Of a stretch of DNA of 64,000 nt, positions 43,016 through 53,700 are shown one piece after another. This DNA comes from Candidatus Eiseniibacteriota bacterium (GTDB lineage: Bacteria > Eisenbacteria > RBG-16-71-46): positions 576,001 to 640,000 of the forward strand of contig CAVSAC010000014.1 of the NCBI GenBank assembly GCA_963725865.1, given 5' to 3'. Each line of letters begins with the position of its first letter. The stretch's first letter is position 1. A program made the translations under genes and the position numbers. The notes under the pieces were generated by a model that was given only the letters and a program-made list of their open reading frames with translations, did not search any database and was not told the origin of the DNA.

Positions 43016-44740
43016 ATGATCGATCCACGCCGGACCGCGGCGCGTACCGTGATGGCGCTGGTGCTCGCGCTCGCGGCGGCGGTCGCGTGGCGGCTCCACG
43101 CGGACGCCTGGGGCCTGGGCGGGCGCTCTCCGGTGCTCTCCTACGACGCCGCCCAGTACGCCGTGGCGGCGCGGGAGCTGGCCGAGCACCATCGGCTCGC
43201 CACGCCGTTCGCCCTGCCGGTCGAGCTGACGCGCCATGCCCAGCCCCCGTGGCCGCTCGCGCTGGTGCAGCCCGGGCTGGTGATCGCGGAGGCGGCGGTG
43301 TTCGCGGCGGTGCCGGTGAACGCCAGCCTCGGCCCGCGCGCGCTGTGGCGCGCGCACCGTCCGGACCAGCGCGAGTGGCTGGTGCTCATCCTGCCGTTCG
43401 CCTGCTTCATCGCGCTCGCGCTCTCGCTCGGCCTCGCCACCAGCCACCTGCTCGCGCAGATCGCTCCGGAGGTGCCCGATCTCACGCGCGGCGCCGCCGG
43501 GCTGGTGGTGGGGCTCGGGTTCGTGCTCGACCCGGAGGCGCAGCACTTCGCGGTCGGCGGATTCACCGAGCTGCCGTTCACGCTCGCCCTCACCGCGGTG
43601 CTGGCCGGGATCGCGCTCGGGCGCGGCGCCCGGTTCCCGTTCGTGCTCGGACTCATGCTCGGCGTGGCCGGCGGGTTCCGCGGGGTGACCCTTTGGCTGG
43701 CACCCGTGATCGCGCTCGCGGCGGCCGCCAGTGCCGAGCCGGCGGCGCGCCGCCGGGTGTTCATCCGGGTGATGCTCGCCTGGGCGCTGGTGCTGGCGCC
43801 GTGGTGGCTCTACAAGTCGTGGGCGTTCGGCGATCCGGGTTGGGACCTGTCGCGCTGGTCGCTCTGGGACGGCGTCGAGGGCCGCACGTGGTTCTCGATC
43901 TTCCACACCCCCGACCGGCCGGTCTTCCCGAGCGGCGCGGAGGCCCTCGGGCTGCTCGCGGCCAAGCTCGCTCGCAACCTGCCGCGGCTGGTCCTGATGC
44001 TCTCGAACGGCCTCGGCGCGCTGTGGGCCGGTGCCCTGCTGCTCGCCCTCGCGCTGGTGCGCGCGCCGCGCGCCACCCGCGCCGCCGGCTGGGCGGTGCT
44101 GGGCGTGACGTTCGCCAGCCTGGTGGCGGCCGCGCTCAGCGTGCCCCAGCTGCGCTACCTGTTCCCCGCGCGGATCGCCCTCGAGGCCGCGGGGCTGATC
44201 GCGCTGTGGGCGCTGGCCGTGCGTTTCGGCGGCGCGGGCGCACGCGCGACCTCGGTGCGCCTGCTGTGCGTGCTGGCGGCGCTGCTCGCGATCGCTTGGG
44301 GCACGTGGCGCACCGGCCGCGGGCTGGTCGAGGCGCGCGCCGGCTCGGCCGAGCGCGGCACCCCGCGCACCGAGACGCTGATCCAGATCGCGGTGCTCAT
44401 GAACCGCGAGCTGGCGCCGGGCGAGGTGGTGATGAGCAATCTCGGGCCGGTGCTCGCGTGGACCGCGCGCAGGCCGGTCGTGCACCTCGCGCTGACGCCC
44501 GAGGACGTCGCGACCGTGCGCAGGCACCTCGACGTGCGCCACGTGCTGCTGGTGTTCCGCGACGCGGAGCACGCGTGGCCGGGCTGGAGCGAGGTGGTCG
44601 CCCATCCCGAGGACGCGATGCACCAGCCGGAGTGGAACGTGCGGCGCATGCGCCGCTGGGTGAGCGGCGACGGATTCTCGCTGACGTGGCTCGACCTTGG
44701 GCCGCTCGCGCCGGGGCTGGCGGCGCGCGTCACCCCGTGA
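43016..44740 (+). CDS. polytopic membrane protein, GT-C/ArnT-like glycosyltransferase
   Basis: N-terminal TM then YDAAQY..AREL, TELPF, LRYLFP, C-terminal soluble domain. Confidence 0.6.
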   Translation: MIDPRRTAARTVMALVLALAAAVAWRLHADAWGLGGRSPVLSYDAAQYAVAARELAEHHRLATPFALPVELTRHAQPPWPLALVQPGLVIAEAAVFAAVPVNASLGPRALWRAHRPDQREWLVLILPFACFIALALSLGLATSHLLAQIAPEVPDLTRGAAGLVVGLGFVLDPEAQHFAVGGFTELPFTLALTAVLAGIALGRGARFPFVLGLMLGVAGGFRGVTLWLAPVIALAAAASAEPAARRRVFIRVMLAWALVLAPWWLYKSWAFGDPGWDLSRWSLWDGVEGRTWFSIFHTPDRPVFPSGAEALGLLAAKLARNLPRLVLMLSNGLGALWAGALLLALALVRAPRATRAAGWAVLGVTFASLVAAALSVPQLRYLFPARIALEAAGLIALWALAVRFGGAGARATSVRLLCVLAALLAIAWGTWRTGRGLVEARAGSAERGTPRTETLIQIAVLMNRELAPGEVVMSNLGPVLAWTARRPVVHLALTPEDVATVRRHLDVRHVLLVFRDAEHAWPGWSEVVAHPEDAMHQPEWNVRRMRRWVSGDGFSLTWLDLGPLAPGLAARVTP

Positions 44741-44792
44741 CCCGGATGCGTGGCGCCCGGCGGGGTCCGCCGGCGCCACGCATCCGGGCGCG

Positions 44793-47700
44793 TCAGCGCA
44801 GCAGCGCGATGCGGCGCTGGAACGTCTCGCCGTCCGCCGTCACGCGCGCCAGGTAGAGCCCGGCGCCGAGCCGACCACCCCCGCGCGCGGTGCCCGGCCA
44901 CACCAGTTCGTGGCGCCCGGCCGCGCGTTCGCGCGGATCCTCGTGCCAGACCTCGCGCCCCTGCAGGTCGTAGACCGCGAACGTCACGCGCGCGCCGCGC
45001 GGCAGGTCGAGCGTGAACGCGACCCGGTTCGCGGTGGGGTTCGGGCGCGGCGCCGACAGCGCCAGTCGCCCGGGCGGCGCCGTCACGCCCACGCTGCCCG
45101 GGACCACGGTGAGCGGGATCTCGATCGCGTTGTCCGTCTCGTCGGTCTCGCGGCGCGCATGCAGGGTGTCCGCCGTCGCTCGCAGCGTGTAGCTGCCGGC
45201 GCTCAGCGTCGGCGGCACCACCGCGACGACCCGCACGCTGTCCTGCTTCCACACCAGCGTGTCGCCCTGCGCCAGCGTCAGGCCGCCCGCGGTGATCGCC
45301 CAGTGCGAGATCGGCGCGGGCATGCGGCCGGTGTTGCGCAGCCAGAACGCGACCTGCATCGGCGAGTCGGCACCCGGCTGCGCGGGCAGCACCGAGAGCT
45401 GCTGCGGTCGCAGGTTGAGCTCGGGCCACAGGAACACCACCGCGGTGTCGCGCAGCCCGCCCTTGTCCACCACGCTGCACATCACCTCGTACCAGGTGCC
45501 GGTGCCGTCGTCGTGGTTCCCGGCCACGAACGAGGTGCTCGGCAGCGTGGAGGAGTACGTGTCGGGATGGACGTGGTTGTTGTGCCGCAGGTTCACGTCC
45601 CAGCGCGCCACCAGCGAATCGACCGGGTCCTGGGCGTCGCTCACCGTGCGGTTCAGCACGATGGTGTCGCCCTCGACGAACCACGCGTCGGCGAGCGGGC
45701 TGGTGATGACGACGTGCGGCTTGGTGTTGGTGTCGAGCACCGCGTCGCCGCCGCCGAAATCGTCGAACCGCGACGCCTGCGCGTCGAACGTGAGCACGCC
45801 GATGCGCCCGCCGCTGGTGGTGAATGGCCAGTTGCCGGCCGAGCAGCTGCCGAACATCACGCCGTTCTTGTACACCTCGATGGTGCCGTTGGCGTACGCA
45901 CGCGCCCCGAAGCGGTCGCCGGCCGCGAACGACATCGGCCACGAGCCGCGCGGCACCCAGCCGGTGCCGCCGGTGTAGGTGGTGACGGCCACCGTGCCGA
46001 CCGTGACGTCGTAGCGCGCCTCGATGTAGCCGGCGTGCCAGTCGGTGTTCTGCAGCTTGAGCATCAGGTCGTGCTCGGGAGCGCTGGCGCTCACGGTGCT
46101 GAGAGTGACGTAGACCTCCTGCGTGGGACCGAATGCGGTCGGCGTCCACACGCCCCAGGCGTCCTGCGCGGTGGGGGCGAGCCGGTTGGCGTCGACGGAG
46201 AACGCGGGCCCCGACCACGAGGATCCGACCGGACCGTTCGCGCGATTGAAGTCGTCGAGCACCGGGGTCGACGGGAACGCGATCTGCGCCGCCACGATCA
46301 CCTGCACCGAATCGCGGCCGATCGCCCCCGTGGTGTCGGTCGCAGTCAGGACCGCGGAGTAGGTGCCGGGCGCGGTGTACGTGTGCGACGGGTTCGGCAG
46401 CACGGAGCCCTGCTGGTCGCCGAATGCCCACGCGGTGGTGATCGGTCCGCCGTCGGGATCGAACGAGCCGGCGCTCGAGAACGCCACCGCGAGCGGGGCG
46501 AGCCCGACGTCCGGGGTCGCGCTGGCGACCGCGACTGGCGGCCCGCTGGTCGGGCTGCCGCCGCCGTAGCGGATGCGGCGGATCTCGCCGGTCAGGATCG
46601 ACACGTAGACGAGGTCGCCGGTCTGCGGCTCGGTCGTGAAGTCCACCGGACCCTGGAGCGCCTGTCCGAAGTCCTGGATCGAGGTCCATGCGTCGCTGGT
46701 GTCGACCACCGCGGACCGCAGCCAGTTCGCTCCGTAGTCGCCGAAGAAGTAGCGCCCCTGGTACTGCGGCGGATACAGCGCGCCGGTGTAGAAGACGCCG
46801 CCGATCGAGGTGTTGCCGTAGAACCCCGGCGGGACGCTCTGCGCGGCATCGAGGTGGTTCCACGAGGCCGCGGGATCGGAGAACGGGCTGGGATCCCACG
46901 CGGAGCCGACCGAATCGCAGCCGCCGTGGCTCGGGGACGCCGCCAGGTACTCCGGCCGGGTACCGAACCCCTCGTGGCAGGGCCAGCCGAAGTTCTTCCC
47001 GCCGGTGCGCGCGATGTCCATCTCCTCCCAGGTGGACCAGCCGACGTCGCCGAGGAACACCGTGCCGGGGCGCCCCTGAGCGGTGTCCGGCGAGCCGGTG
47101 CCCGGGCGCATCGTGAAGCGGAACGGATTCCGCAATCCGTACGCCCACACCTTCGAGCGCGTCGAGGCCAGATTGCCGTCGGCGAACGGATTGCTGGCGT
47201 AGCCGTGGCCGTTCGCGGGGTTCAGGCGCAGCACCTTGCCGTCGAGGCTGCCGATGAACTGCGAGCGGAACGCACCGATGTCCTCGTACGGATCGCCCAG
47301 GTTCGGCCCGAACAGGGTCGGATCCTGCCCGCCGTCGTCCGTGGTCTCGAAGTGCGCGCCGTCGCCGACGCTCACCATCAGCGAGCCGTCCGCGCCCCAG
47401 CGCAGCGACCCGATGGTGTGCGTCACCGAGCCCACGAGCGGGCCGTCGCGCCAGGTCGTGCCCATCAGGATCGTGCGGCTCGACTCGATCACGGTGTTCG
47501 AGTCGGTGAAGTTGACCTGGTAACGCGCCAGCCGCCCGAACGCGTCCCCGTCGGTGTCCACGTCGTTGCTGTCGGGGTCCACGGTGTAGAGCAGGTAGAC
47601 GTAGTGGTTCACGAAGTAGTGCGGGTCGACCGCGATGCCGAGCAGCCCCCGGTCGCCGTCGTCCAGCACCTCGCTGTCGTGCGCCCACAGCGGGACCGGC

Positions 47701-47936
47701 TGGCGCACGCCGTCCTTGATCACCCACACGCGACCGCGCTTCTCGGCCACCAGCAGCCGCCGGTCGGGCAGGAACGCGATCCCGGTCGGGACCACGAACA
47801 GATCGCCGGGTACGAAGCTCTCGGCGACGAAGTCGGCGGGCAGCTCGACCGCCCGGACCATCGACGGAGCGAGCCACGCGCAGAGCGCAACCGCCATGGC
47901 GGGCGCCACGCGGGCGGCTGACACACGGGGGTTCAC
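44793..47936 (-). CDS. secreted glucose/sorbosone-dehydrogenase-like beta-propeller with PKD, CARDB-like and FlgD-like domains
   Basis: DRGLLGIAVDP, SVGDG, GKVLRL, AYGLRNPFR, GDVGW, NFGWP; PKD (WAFGD...NPSHTYT.PGTY); tail PNP...VYDLQGR...GAGLYLAR. Confidence 0.85.
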   Translation of the reverse strand: MNPRVSAARVAPAMAVALCAWLAPSMVRAVELPADFVAESFVPGDLFVVPTGIAFLPDRRLLVAEKRGRVWVIKDGVRQPVPLWAHDSEVLDDGDRGLLGIAVDPHYFVNHYVYLLYTVDPDSNDVDTDGDAFGRLARYQVNFTDSNTVIESSRTILMGTTWRDGPLVGSVTHTIGSLRWGADGSLMVSVGDGAHFETTDDGGQDPTLFGPNLGDPYEDIGAFRSQFIGSLDGKVLRLNPANGHGYASNPFADGNLASTRSKVWAYGLRNPFRFTMRPGTGSPDTAQGRPGTVFLGDVGWSTWEEMDIARTGGKNFGWPCHEGFGTRPEYLAASPSHGGCDSVGSAWDPSPFSDPAASWNHLDAAQSVPPGFYGNTSIGGVFYTGALYPPQYQGRYFFGDYGANWLRSAVVDTSDAWTSIQDFGQALQGPVDFTTEPQTGDLVYVSILTGEIRRIRYGGGSPTSGPPVAVASATPDVGLAPLAVAFSSAGSFDPDGGPITTAWAFGDQQGSVLPNPSHTYTAPGTYSAVLTATDTTGAIGRDSVQVIVAAQIAFPSTPVLDDFNRANGPVGSSWSGPAFSVDANRLAPTAQDAWGVWTPTAFGPTQEVYVTLSTVSASAPEHDLMLKLQNTDWHAGYIEARYDVTVGTVAVTTYTGGTGWVPRGSWPMSFAAGDRFGARAYANGTIEVYKNGVMFGSCSAGNWPFTTSGGRIGVLTFDAQASRFDDFGGGDAVLDTNTKPHVVITSPLADAWFVEGDTIVLNRTVSDAQDPVDSLVARWDVNLRHNNHVHPDTYSSTLPSTSFVAGNHDDGTGTWYEVMCSVVDKGGLRDTAVVFLWPELNLRPQQLSVLPAQPGADSPMQVAFWLRNTGRMPAPISHWAITAGGLTLAQGDTLVWKQDSVRVVAVVPPTLSAGSYTLRATADTLHARRETDETDNAIEIPLTVVPGSVGVTAPPGRLALSAPRPNPTANRVAFTLDLPRGARVTFAVYDLQGREVWHEDPRERAAGRHELVWPGTARGGGRLGAGLYLARVTADGETFQRRIALLR

Positions 47937-48084
47937 GAAGGACCTCGAGGTGTGGGGTAGGAGGCGCAGGCGGTCCCGGGGAGCGTCCCCGGCGGCGACC
48001 ATGCTAGCGCCGGCACGCCGCCAGACGCGAGGAAAACCCGTTCCCGGATCGTGCGCGGCCGGACCGCGTGCGGCCCGGACGAAC

Positions 48085-48540
48085 TCAGGCTGCCGGCGGA
48101 GGGCTCGAGTCGCGGCCGGGGCGCTGCAGGTCGCGCCAGCGCCCGAGGGCGAGCGCGAGGACCTGTCCGCGAGCCTGCGGTTCGCGCGCGGAGGCCTCGC
48201 GTGCGAGCGCGAGCAGGGACGCGATGGTCGCGGGATCGAACACGAGCAGCCAGCCCGCCAGCGCGGTGGCCCAGTGCGTCGGCCACGCGCGCAGGAGGTC
48301 CCACGAGGTCTCCAGCTCCAGGGTGCGCTCGGCGGGCGGCAGCATCCCCTCGGCGGGCAGGATCGCGAGGCTCAGCCGCACGCCCCAGGCGTCGGTCCGC
48401 AGCTCCGCGAGGCGCGCGTGCGCCCACACCTCTCCGCGCTGGAGGACACACTCGGCGCCCTCGCGGGCGCGCACGCGTCCGGCGAGCAGTTCCCGGCGGG
48501 TCCGCGGACGGGTCGCGGGAGGCTTCGGGTCGGAGGTCAT
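48085..48540 (-). CDS. hypothetical protein
   Basis: Only plausible ORF in the gap, co-oriented with neighbours. Confidence 0.45.
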   Translation of the reverse strand: MTSDPKPPATRPRTRRELLAGRVRAREGAECVLQRGEVWAHARLAELRTDAWGVRLSLAILPAEGMLPPAERTLELETSWDLLRAWPTHWATALAGWLLVFDPATIASLLALAREASAREPQARGQVLALALGRWRDLQRPGRDSSPPPAA

Positions 48541-48589
48541 GAGCGGCATCCTGCGGCCTCGGTCGAGGCGGCGCGCGCGCCGCCCGCGG

Positions 48590-49819
48590 TCATCGCGGCG
48601 TGACGAGCGGCAGCCCGCCCGGCCGCATCGTGCCGGACTCCTCGCCCTCGAGCGTCGCCGGGTACTCCGCCGGCCGCTCCCGCAGGTTCTCGACGAACAG
48701 CGGCACGTCGTCCGCCAGCGTGCCGAGCGCCTCCGGTCCCTCCGCCACCCGCAGCACGTGGTAGTGCGTGTCGCGCTGGGCGGGGGTGAAGCCCGACTCG
48801 CGGATCAGCGTCTCGATCTCGGCGATCGTGGTCTTGTTGAGGTGGCCGGTGGCCAGGTGGACGTTCTCCTCGAACAGCGTGCCGCCGAAGTCGTCGGCGC
48901 CGAAGTGGAGCGCGATCTGGCCGGTCTTCTTGCCCTCGCTGAACCAGGTCGCCTGCACGTGGTCGAAGTTGTCGAGGTACAGCCGCGACGCCGCGAGCAC
49001 GCGCAGGTACGTCGAGGCGCCGGCGATCTGCGGCACCTTCGACTCCATCGGCGTGTTGCCGCGCTTGTACGACCACGGCACGAACGCGGTGAAGCCGCCG
49101 GTCTCGTCCTGGAGCGCGCGGATGTAGTCGAAGTGCTCCACGATCTCGGCCGGCGTCTCGACGTGCCCGTACATCATCGTCGCGGTCGAGCGCATCCCGA
49201 CGCGGTGCGCCTCGCGATGCACGTCGATCCACGCCGCCGGCCCGCCCTTCTTGACCGAGATGCGCTGGCGCACCCGGGTGGCGAGGATCTCGGCGCCGCC
49301 GCCCGGCAGCGAGGTCTGGCCGGCCGCGTGCAGCGCCTCGAGCACGCCGCGGATCGTGAGTCCCGACACCTCGGCCATCTGGTGGATCTCGGGGGCCGAG
49401 AAGAAGTGCGGCGTGATGTGCGGGTAGCGCTTCCGCGACTCGCGCACGATCGTGGGGTAGAACTCCCACGGGATCGACGGATTCAGCCCGCCCTGGAGCA
49501 GCACGGTGGTGGCGCCGACCGCGTCGGCGTCGGCCATCATGCGCATCACCCCGTCGACGTCGAAGGTGTACGCGTCCGGGGCGTTCGCGCCCGGCTTGCG
49601 GTAGAACGCGCAGAAGTGGCAATCCACCGTGCACACGTTCGTGTAGTTCGGATTGGTGTCGATGACGTAGGTGACGAGCCGCGGGTCGGTCTTGCGCGCG
49701 CGGACCTCCTGGGCGAGCGCCCCCAGCTCGAGCAGCGGCGCCCGCGTGAGCAGGTAGACGCCCTGCTCGGTGTTCAGCCGCTCACCCCGGGAGAGGGCGG
49801 ATGCGATGGTGGACCACAA
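48590..49819 (-). CDS. mqnC: cyclic dehypoxanthinyl futalosine synthase (radical SAM)
   Basis: NYTNVCTVDCHFCAFYR, LQGGLNP, SLPGGGAEIL, TATMMYGHVE, FGADDFGGTLFEENV; TTG start after AAGGAG. Confidence 0.85.
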   Translation of the reverse strand: MWSTIASALSRGERLNTEQGVYLLTRAPLLELGALAQEVRARKTDPRLVTYVIDTNPNYTNVCTVDCHFCAFYRKPGANAPDAYTFDVDGVMRMMADADAVGATTVLLQGGLNPSIPWEFYPTIVRESRKRYPHITPHFFSAPEIHQMAEVSGLTIRGVLEALHAAGQTSLPGGGAEILATRVRQRISVKKGGPAAWIDVHREAHRVGMRSTATMMYGHVETPAEIVEHFDYIRALQDETGGFTAFVPWSYKRGNTPMESKVPQIAGASTYLRVLAASRLYLDNFDHVQATWFSEGKKTGQIALHFGADDFGGTLFEENVHLATGHLNKTTIAEIETLIRESGFTPAQRDTHYHVLRVAEGPEALGTLADDVPLFVENLRERPAEYPATLEGEESGTMRPGGLPLVTPR

Positions 49820-49936
49820 GGCAGTGGCTCCTTCACAGGCGGGAACGGGCCCAAGGCCCGCGGTGTCGCGATCGGAGCGCGGAGGATACACCGCCGCGCC
49901 GCGACCCGTCGAGACGCGGCGCCGCCGCGCCCGGAC

Positions 49937-50608
49937 TCAACGCTCCACGATCAGGTGGTACCCGCGCCAGATCAGCAGCAGCCCGATGAACTCCATCACG
50001 TAGAGCACCTCGGTCAGGCCCACGCGGGCGAACGACCCGCCGATCCCCGGCAGGATCGCGCCGGCCGCGATCAGCAGGTTGCCCGAGACGAACCGGCTGG
50101 GCGAGCCGCTGCGACGATGGCGGAGTGCGGACCACACCGCCCCACCGATCAGGAACACCACCGCGTAGAGGTTGACCGGCGGCGTCAGCAGGCGGACCCA
50201 CGGCCACGCCATCACCTGCCCGCTGAGGCGGTGCGGCTCCACCCGTGAGACGTCGAGCGGCACCAGCGCGACCAGCACCGCGGCGATCAGCAGGTAGGGC
50301 ACCAGCACCCACGACAGGCGGTTCGCGGTGCGGCGCGCGAGGTGGAAGTAGACCGAGCCCTGGGCCAGCGCCACCGCTCCCAGCAATGCGCCGGTCACGT
50401 ACCACATCCGGAACACCGCGGGGCTCCAGCCCGCCAGCGTCACCACGCTCTCGCACAGCGTGCCGAGCCCGTAGATGTAGATGCCGGCGGCCCACCACGC
50501 CAGGTGCGGGCTGCCCGGCTTCTGGAACGACCGCTGGAGGATGCGCGTGCCGAACCACGCTGCCAGCAGCGTCGTGAGGATCGGAATGTAGCGGACCGCC
50601 TCGGACAT
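49937..50608 (-). CDS. hypothetical integral membrane protein (about 7 TM)
   Basis: Repeated hydrophobic segments; RBS GAGG. Confidence 0.75.
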   Translation of the reverse strand: MSEAVRYIPILTTLLAAWFGTRILQRSFQKPGSPHLAWWAAGIYIYGLGTLCESVVTLAGWSPAVFRMWYVTGALLGAVALAQGSVYFHLARRTANRLSWVLVPYLLIAAVLVALVPLDVSRVEPHRLSGQVMAWPWVRLLTPPVNLYAVVFLIGGAVWSALRHRRSGSPSRFVSGNLLIAAGAILPGIGGSFARVGLTEVLYVMEFIGLLLIWRGYHLIVER

Positions 50609-50721
50609 GATCGGGGACCTCGAGGGTGACGAGCCGCCGCATGCTACACCGCGTCCGCTCGCACGCGCCACGGGCGGCCCCGCAGGGCCGCCCGTGACGA
50701 CGTCTCAGCGCTCGGGGCCCG

Positions 50722-53700
50722 TCACTTGCCGGGCGCCGCCATCGACGGATCGTGGCATTGCAGGCACAGGTCGCGCTGCGGATCCGCCTTCAGCAGGCCG
50801 TCGAACTCGCTCGCGTGCGGCTGATGGCAGCTCACGCAGTCGATCGGCTGGCCGGTGCGCGGGTCGGGCCGCTTGCTCGTGGTCGGGTGGTAGTGCTTCG
50901 CCAGATCGGTGTGGCAGGTGCGGCACAGGGCGTCGACGCTCTCCGCCTTCACCAGCGCGCGCGCGTCGCTGGAGTGCGGGTCGTGGCACGTGTCGCAGCC
51001 GCCCTCGAGCGCCTTGTGCGTGAACTTGCCCTTCACGAGCTTGCGGTCGTGGCAGGAGAAACAGAGCTTCTCGCCCGCACGGGACAGCAGCCGCGGCGCG
51101 GTGCCCGCGTGCGGGCCGTGGCACGAGAGGCACTGGCGTTCCTGCCGCAGCGGCGCGTGCACATCCTTGCGCTCGACCCACTTCTTGGCCTGCTCGTGGC
51201 ACTTGAAGCACAGCTGCTCGCCGCTCGCGACGAGCGCCTTGCTGCCGCGCGAGACGTGGCACGAGGTGCACTGGCCACGGACGAACGGCAGGTGCGGATA
51301 GGGCCGGATCAGGCTGTGCGCGGTCTTTGCCTGCACGTGCGGATCATGGCAGGAGACGCAGTCGACCGACGCGAGGTCCATCGACGGGTGCTTCGCGACC
51401 AGCGTCGGGCTCTTGAGCTTGTGGCAGCCGGAGCAGAGCGCGCCACCTGCCTTGCGCGTCATCGCGGGGTTCGCGGTGCCGTGTGGAGCGTGGCAGCTGA
51501 GGCACAGCCCCATCGCCACCGGCGCGTGCGGCTTGCCCTCGGCGATCCGCTTGGCCAGGTCGGCGTGGCACGTCGCGCACAGGCTCGCCACCTTCTGCTT
51601 GAGGATGCCGGCGCCGACGCCCTGATGCGGCTCGTGGCAGGCGGAGCAGCGCCCGTCGCGAGCGGGCGGGTGACCGTGGGCCTGCGCGGCCTCCTGGCTG
51701 ACGCTCGCGTGGCAGCCGGCGCACAGCACGTCCTGCGGCTGGTTCAGCAGGTGCGGCAGCTCCGAAGCGTGGGGCGTGTGACACGCGGTGCAGCGCCCGG
51801 CCTTGACCGGCGGGTGCACGCGCGAGGCGGCGGTGGCGGGCTTCGCCACGTCGTGGCACTGCGCGCACACCGCGGTCGCCGGCGCCTGCAGGTTCTTCGC
51901 GCTCGGGGAGCCGCTGCCGTGGCAGCTGTCGCACTGCTTCTCGGCGAACCCCGGGTGGGCGTTCGCCGGAATCAGCGCGGCGGCCTTCGTCTGGTGCGGC
52001 GCGTGGCACGTCATGCAGTTGGCCGCGGTCATGTCGGTCCCGCCGTGCTTCTGGCGGAAGTCCGCGGCCGCGAGATCGTGACAGTCGGCGCACAGCGCGG
52101 GCACCGCCTTGGTGAGCGTCGGTGCCGCCGCGCCACCGTGCGGATCGTGGCAGGTCAGACAATCCCCGCTCGCGACCGGAGCGTGCACGTGGTCAGCGGA
52201 CTTGCCGACCGTCGGGTGGCAGCCCGCGCACAGCTTCTCGCCCTCGGCGCGCAGGAGCTTCGGCTGCTTGGAACCGTGCGGCTCATGGCAGGCCGCACAT
52301 TGCCCCCGGCGGGCGGCGGTGTGGCCGGCACTCGAGGCCGCCTTCTTCGCGATGTCCTCGTGGCATTGACCGCAGAGCTCCGCCGGCTTCATCGCGAGCA
52401 GTGCCTTGCCCTGGCCGCCGTGTCCGCCGTGGCAGTCCGTGCAGGCCCCGTCCTTCACCGGCGGATGCGCGTGTTCCTGACCCAGCTCGCGCTGCACGTC
52501 GTTGTGGCAGCCCAGGCACAGCGCGTTCCCGGGCCGGGTCGCGAGCTTGGGATGATCGGACTGGTGCGCGTCATGGCACGCGGTGCAGTTGCCGCCGCTG
52601 AACGGCGGGTGCAGCTCCTGGCCCACCAGCTTGCGCTGGGCGTCGGTGTGGCAGGAGAGGCACAGGCTGCGCGCGTCCTTCACGAGCAGCCCGTTCTCCT
52701 TCGAGGCGTGCGGCTGGTGGCAGCGCAGGCAGTCCTTCTTGCCGGCCGGCGGATGGACGCCGGTGGGGCCGGCGATGCGCTTGCCGAGCTCGCCATGGCA
52801 GGTCAGGCAGAAGCTGCCGTCCGCGCTCCGCAGCATCCTGGGGTTGGCGGAGCCGTGCGGATCGTGGCACCTGGCGCAGTCGCCCTGCTTGAACGCGGCG
52901 TGGACGACCGGCTGGGCCGCGTCGGTCGCCACGTTCTCGTGGCACTGGCCGCACAGCTTGCTGGGGTCGTCCTTGAGCAGGTGGCCGGCCTTGCCGCTGC
53001 GGTGCGGATCATGACACGTGAGGCAGTCACCCTCCGCCGCGGGCGGGTGCGCGTGCGCGCGCGTACCGACGTCCGCCAGATCGGCGTGACACCCGGTGCA
53101 CAGCTCGGGAACCTTCGCGACCAGGGCCTTGGTGGGCTTGCCGCCCTCCATGACGTGACAGGACTCGCACTGTCCGGCGGCCACCGGCGCGTGGGAGCCC
53201 GCTCGTACCAGCTTGGGTTGCGCCGACGCGTGGGCGGCGTGGCAGTCGAGACAGGTCATGCCGGCGCGGTTCACGGCGGCGTGCTTGCTCTCGATCACTC
53301 CCGCCGGGTGGCAGCGGGCACACAACGCCTCCCCCTCGGCCGTCAGCAGCTTCGCGTTCGGCCCGCCGTGCGACAGGTGGCAGGCACCGCAGTCGCCCGA
53401 TTTGAAGGGCGCGTGCACCACCGCCAGCGTCGCCTCCTGTCCCACGTCCTTGTGACAGTCGAAGCACGTCGTCTGGGGGCCGCCCGCGCGGATCAGCGCG
53501 GGCTGGTCCGACGCGTGCGGATCGTGACAGCCGAGGCACTGGCCCTGGGCGAACGCCGCGTGCGGGTGCGCCGGGGCGGCGCCCTTCTGCAGGTCGGCGT
53601 GACAGTCGAGGCACAGCTCGGTCGGCTTCTTGGTCAGGACCAGCTGCTGCGCGAACCCGTGGCTCCGGTGGCAGGCGGCGCAATCGCCCTTGCGGACCGG

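Noticed and set aside
44155..47921. 1240-aa (-) and 1074-aa (+) ORFs
   Set aside because: Alternate-frame and antisense shadows of the dehydrogenase-like gene; Arg/Ala/Gly-rich with no domains
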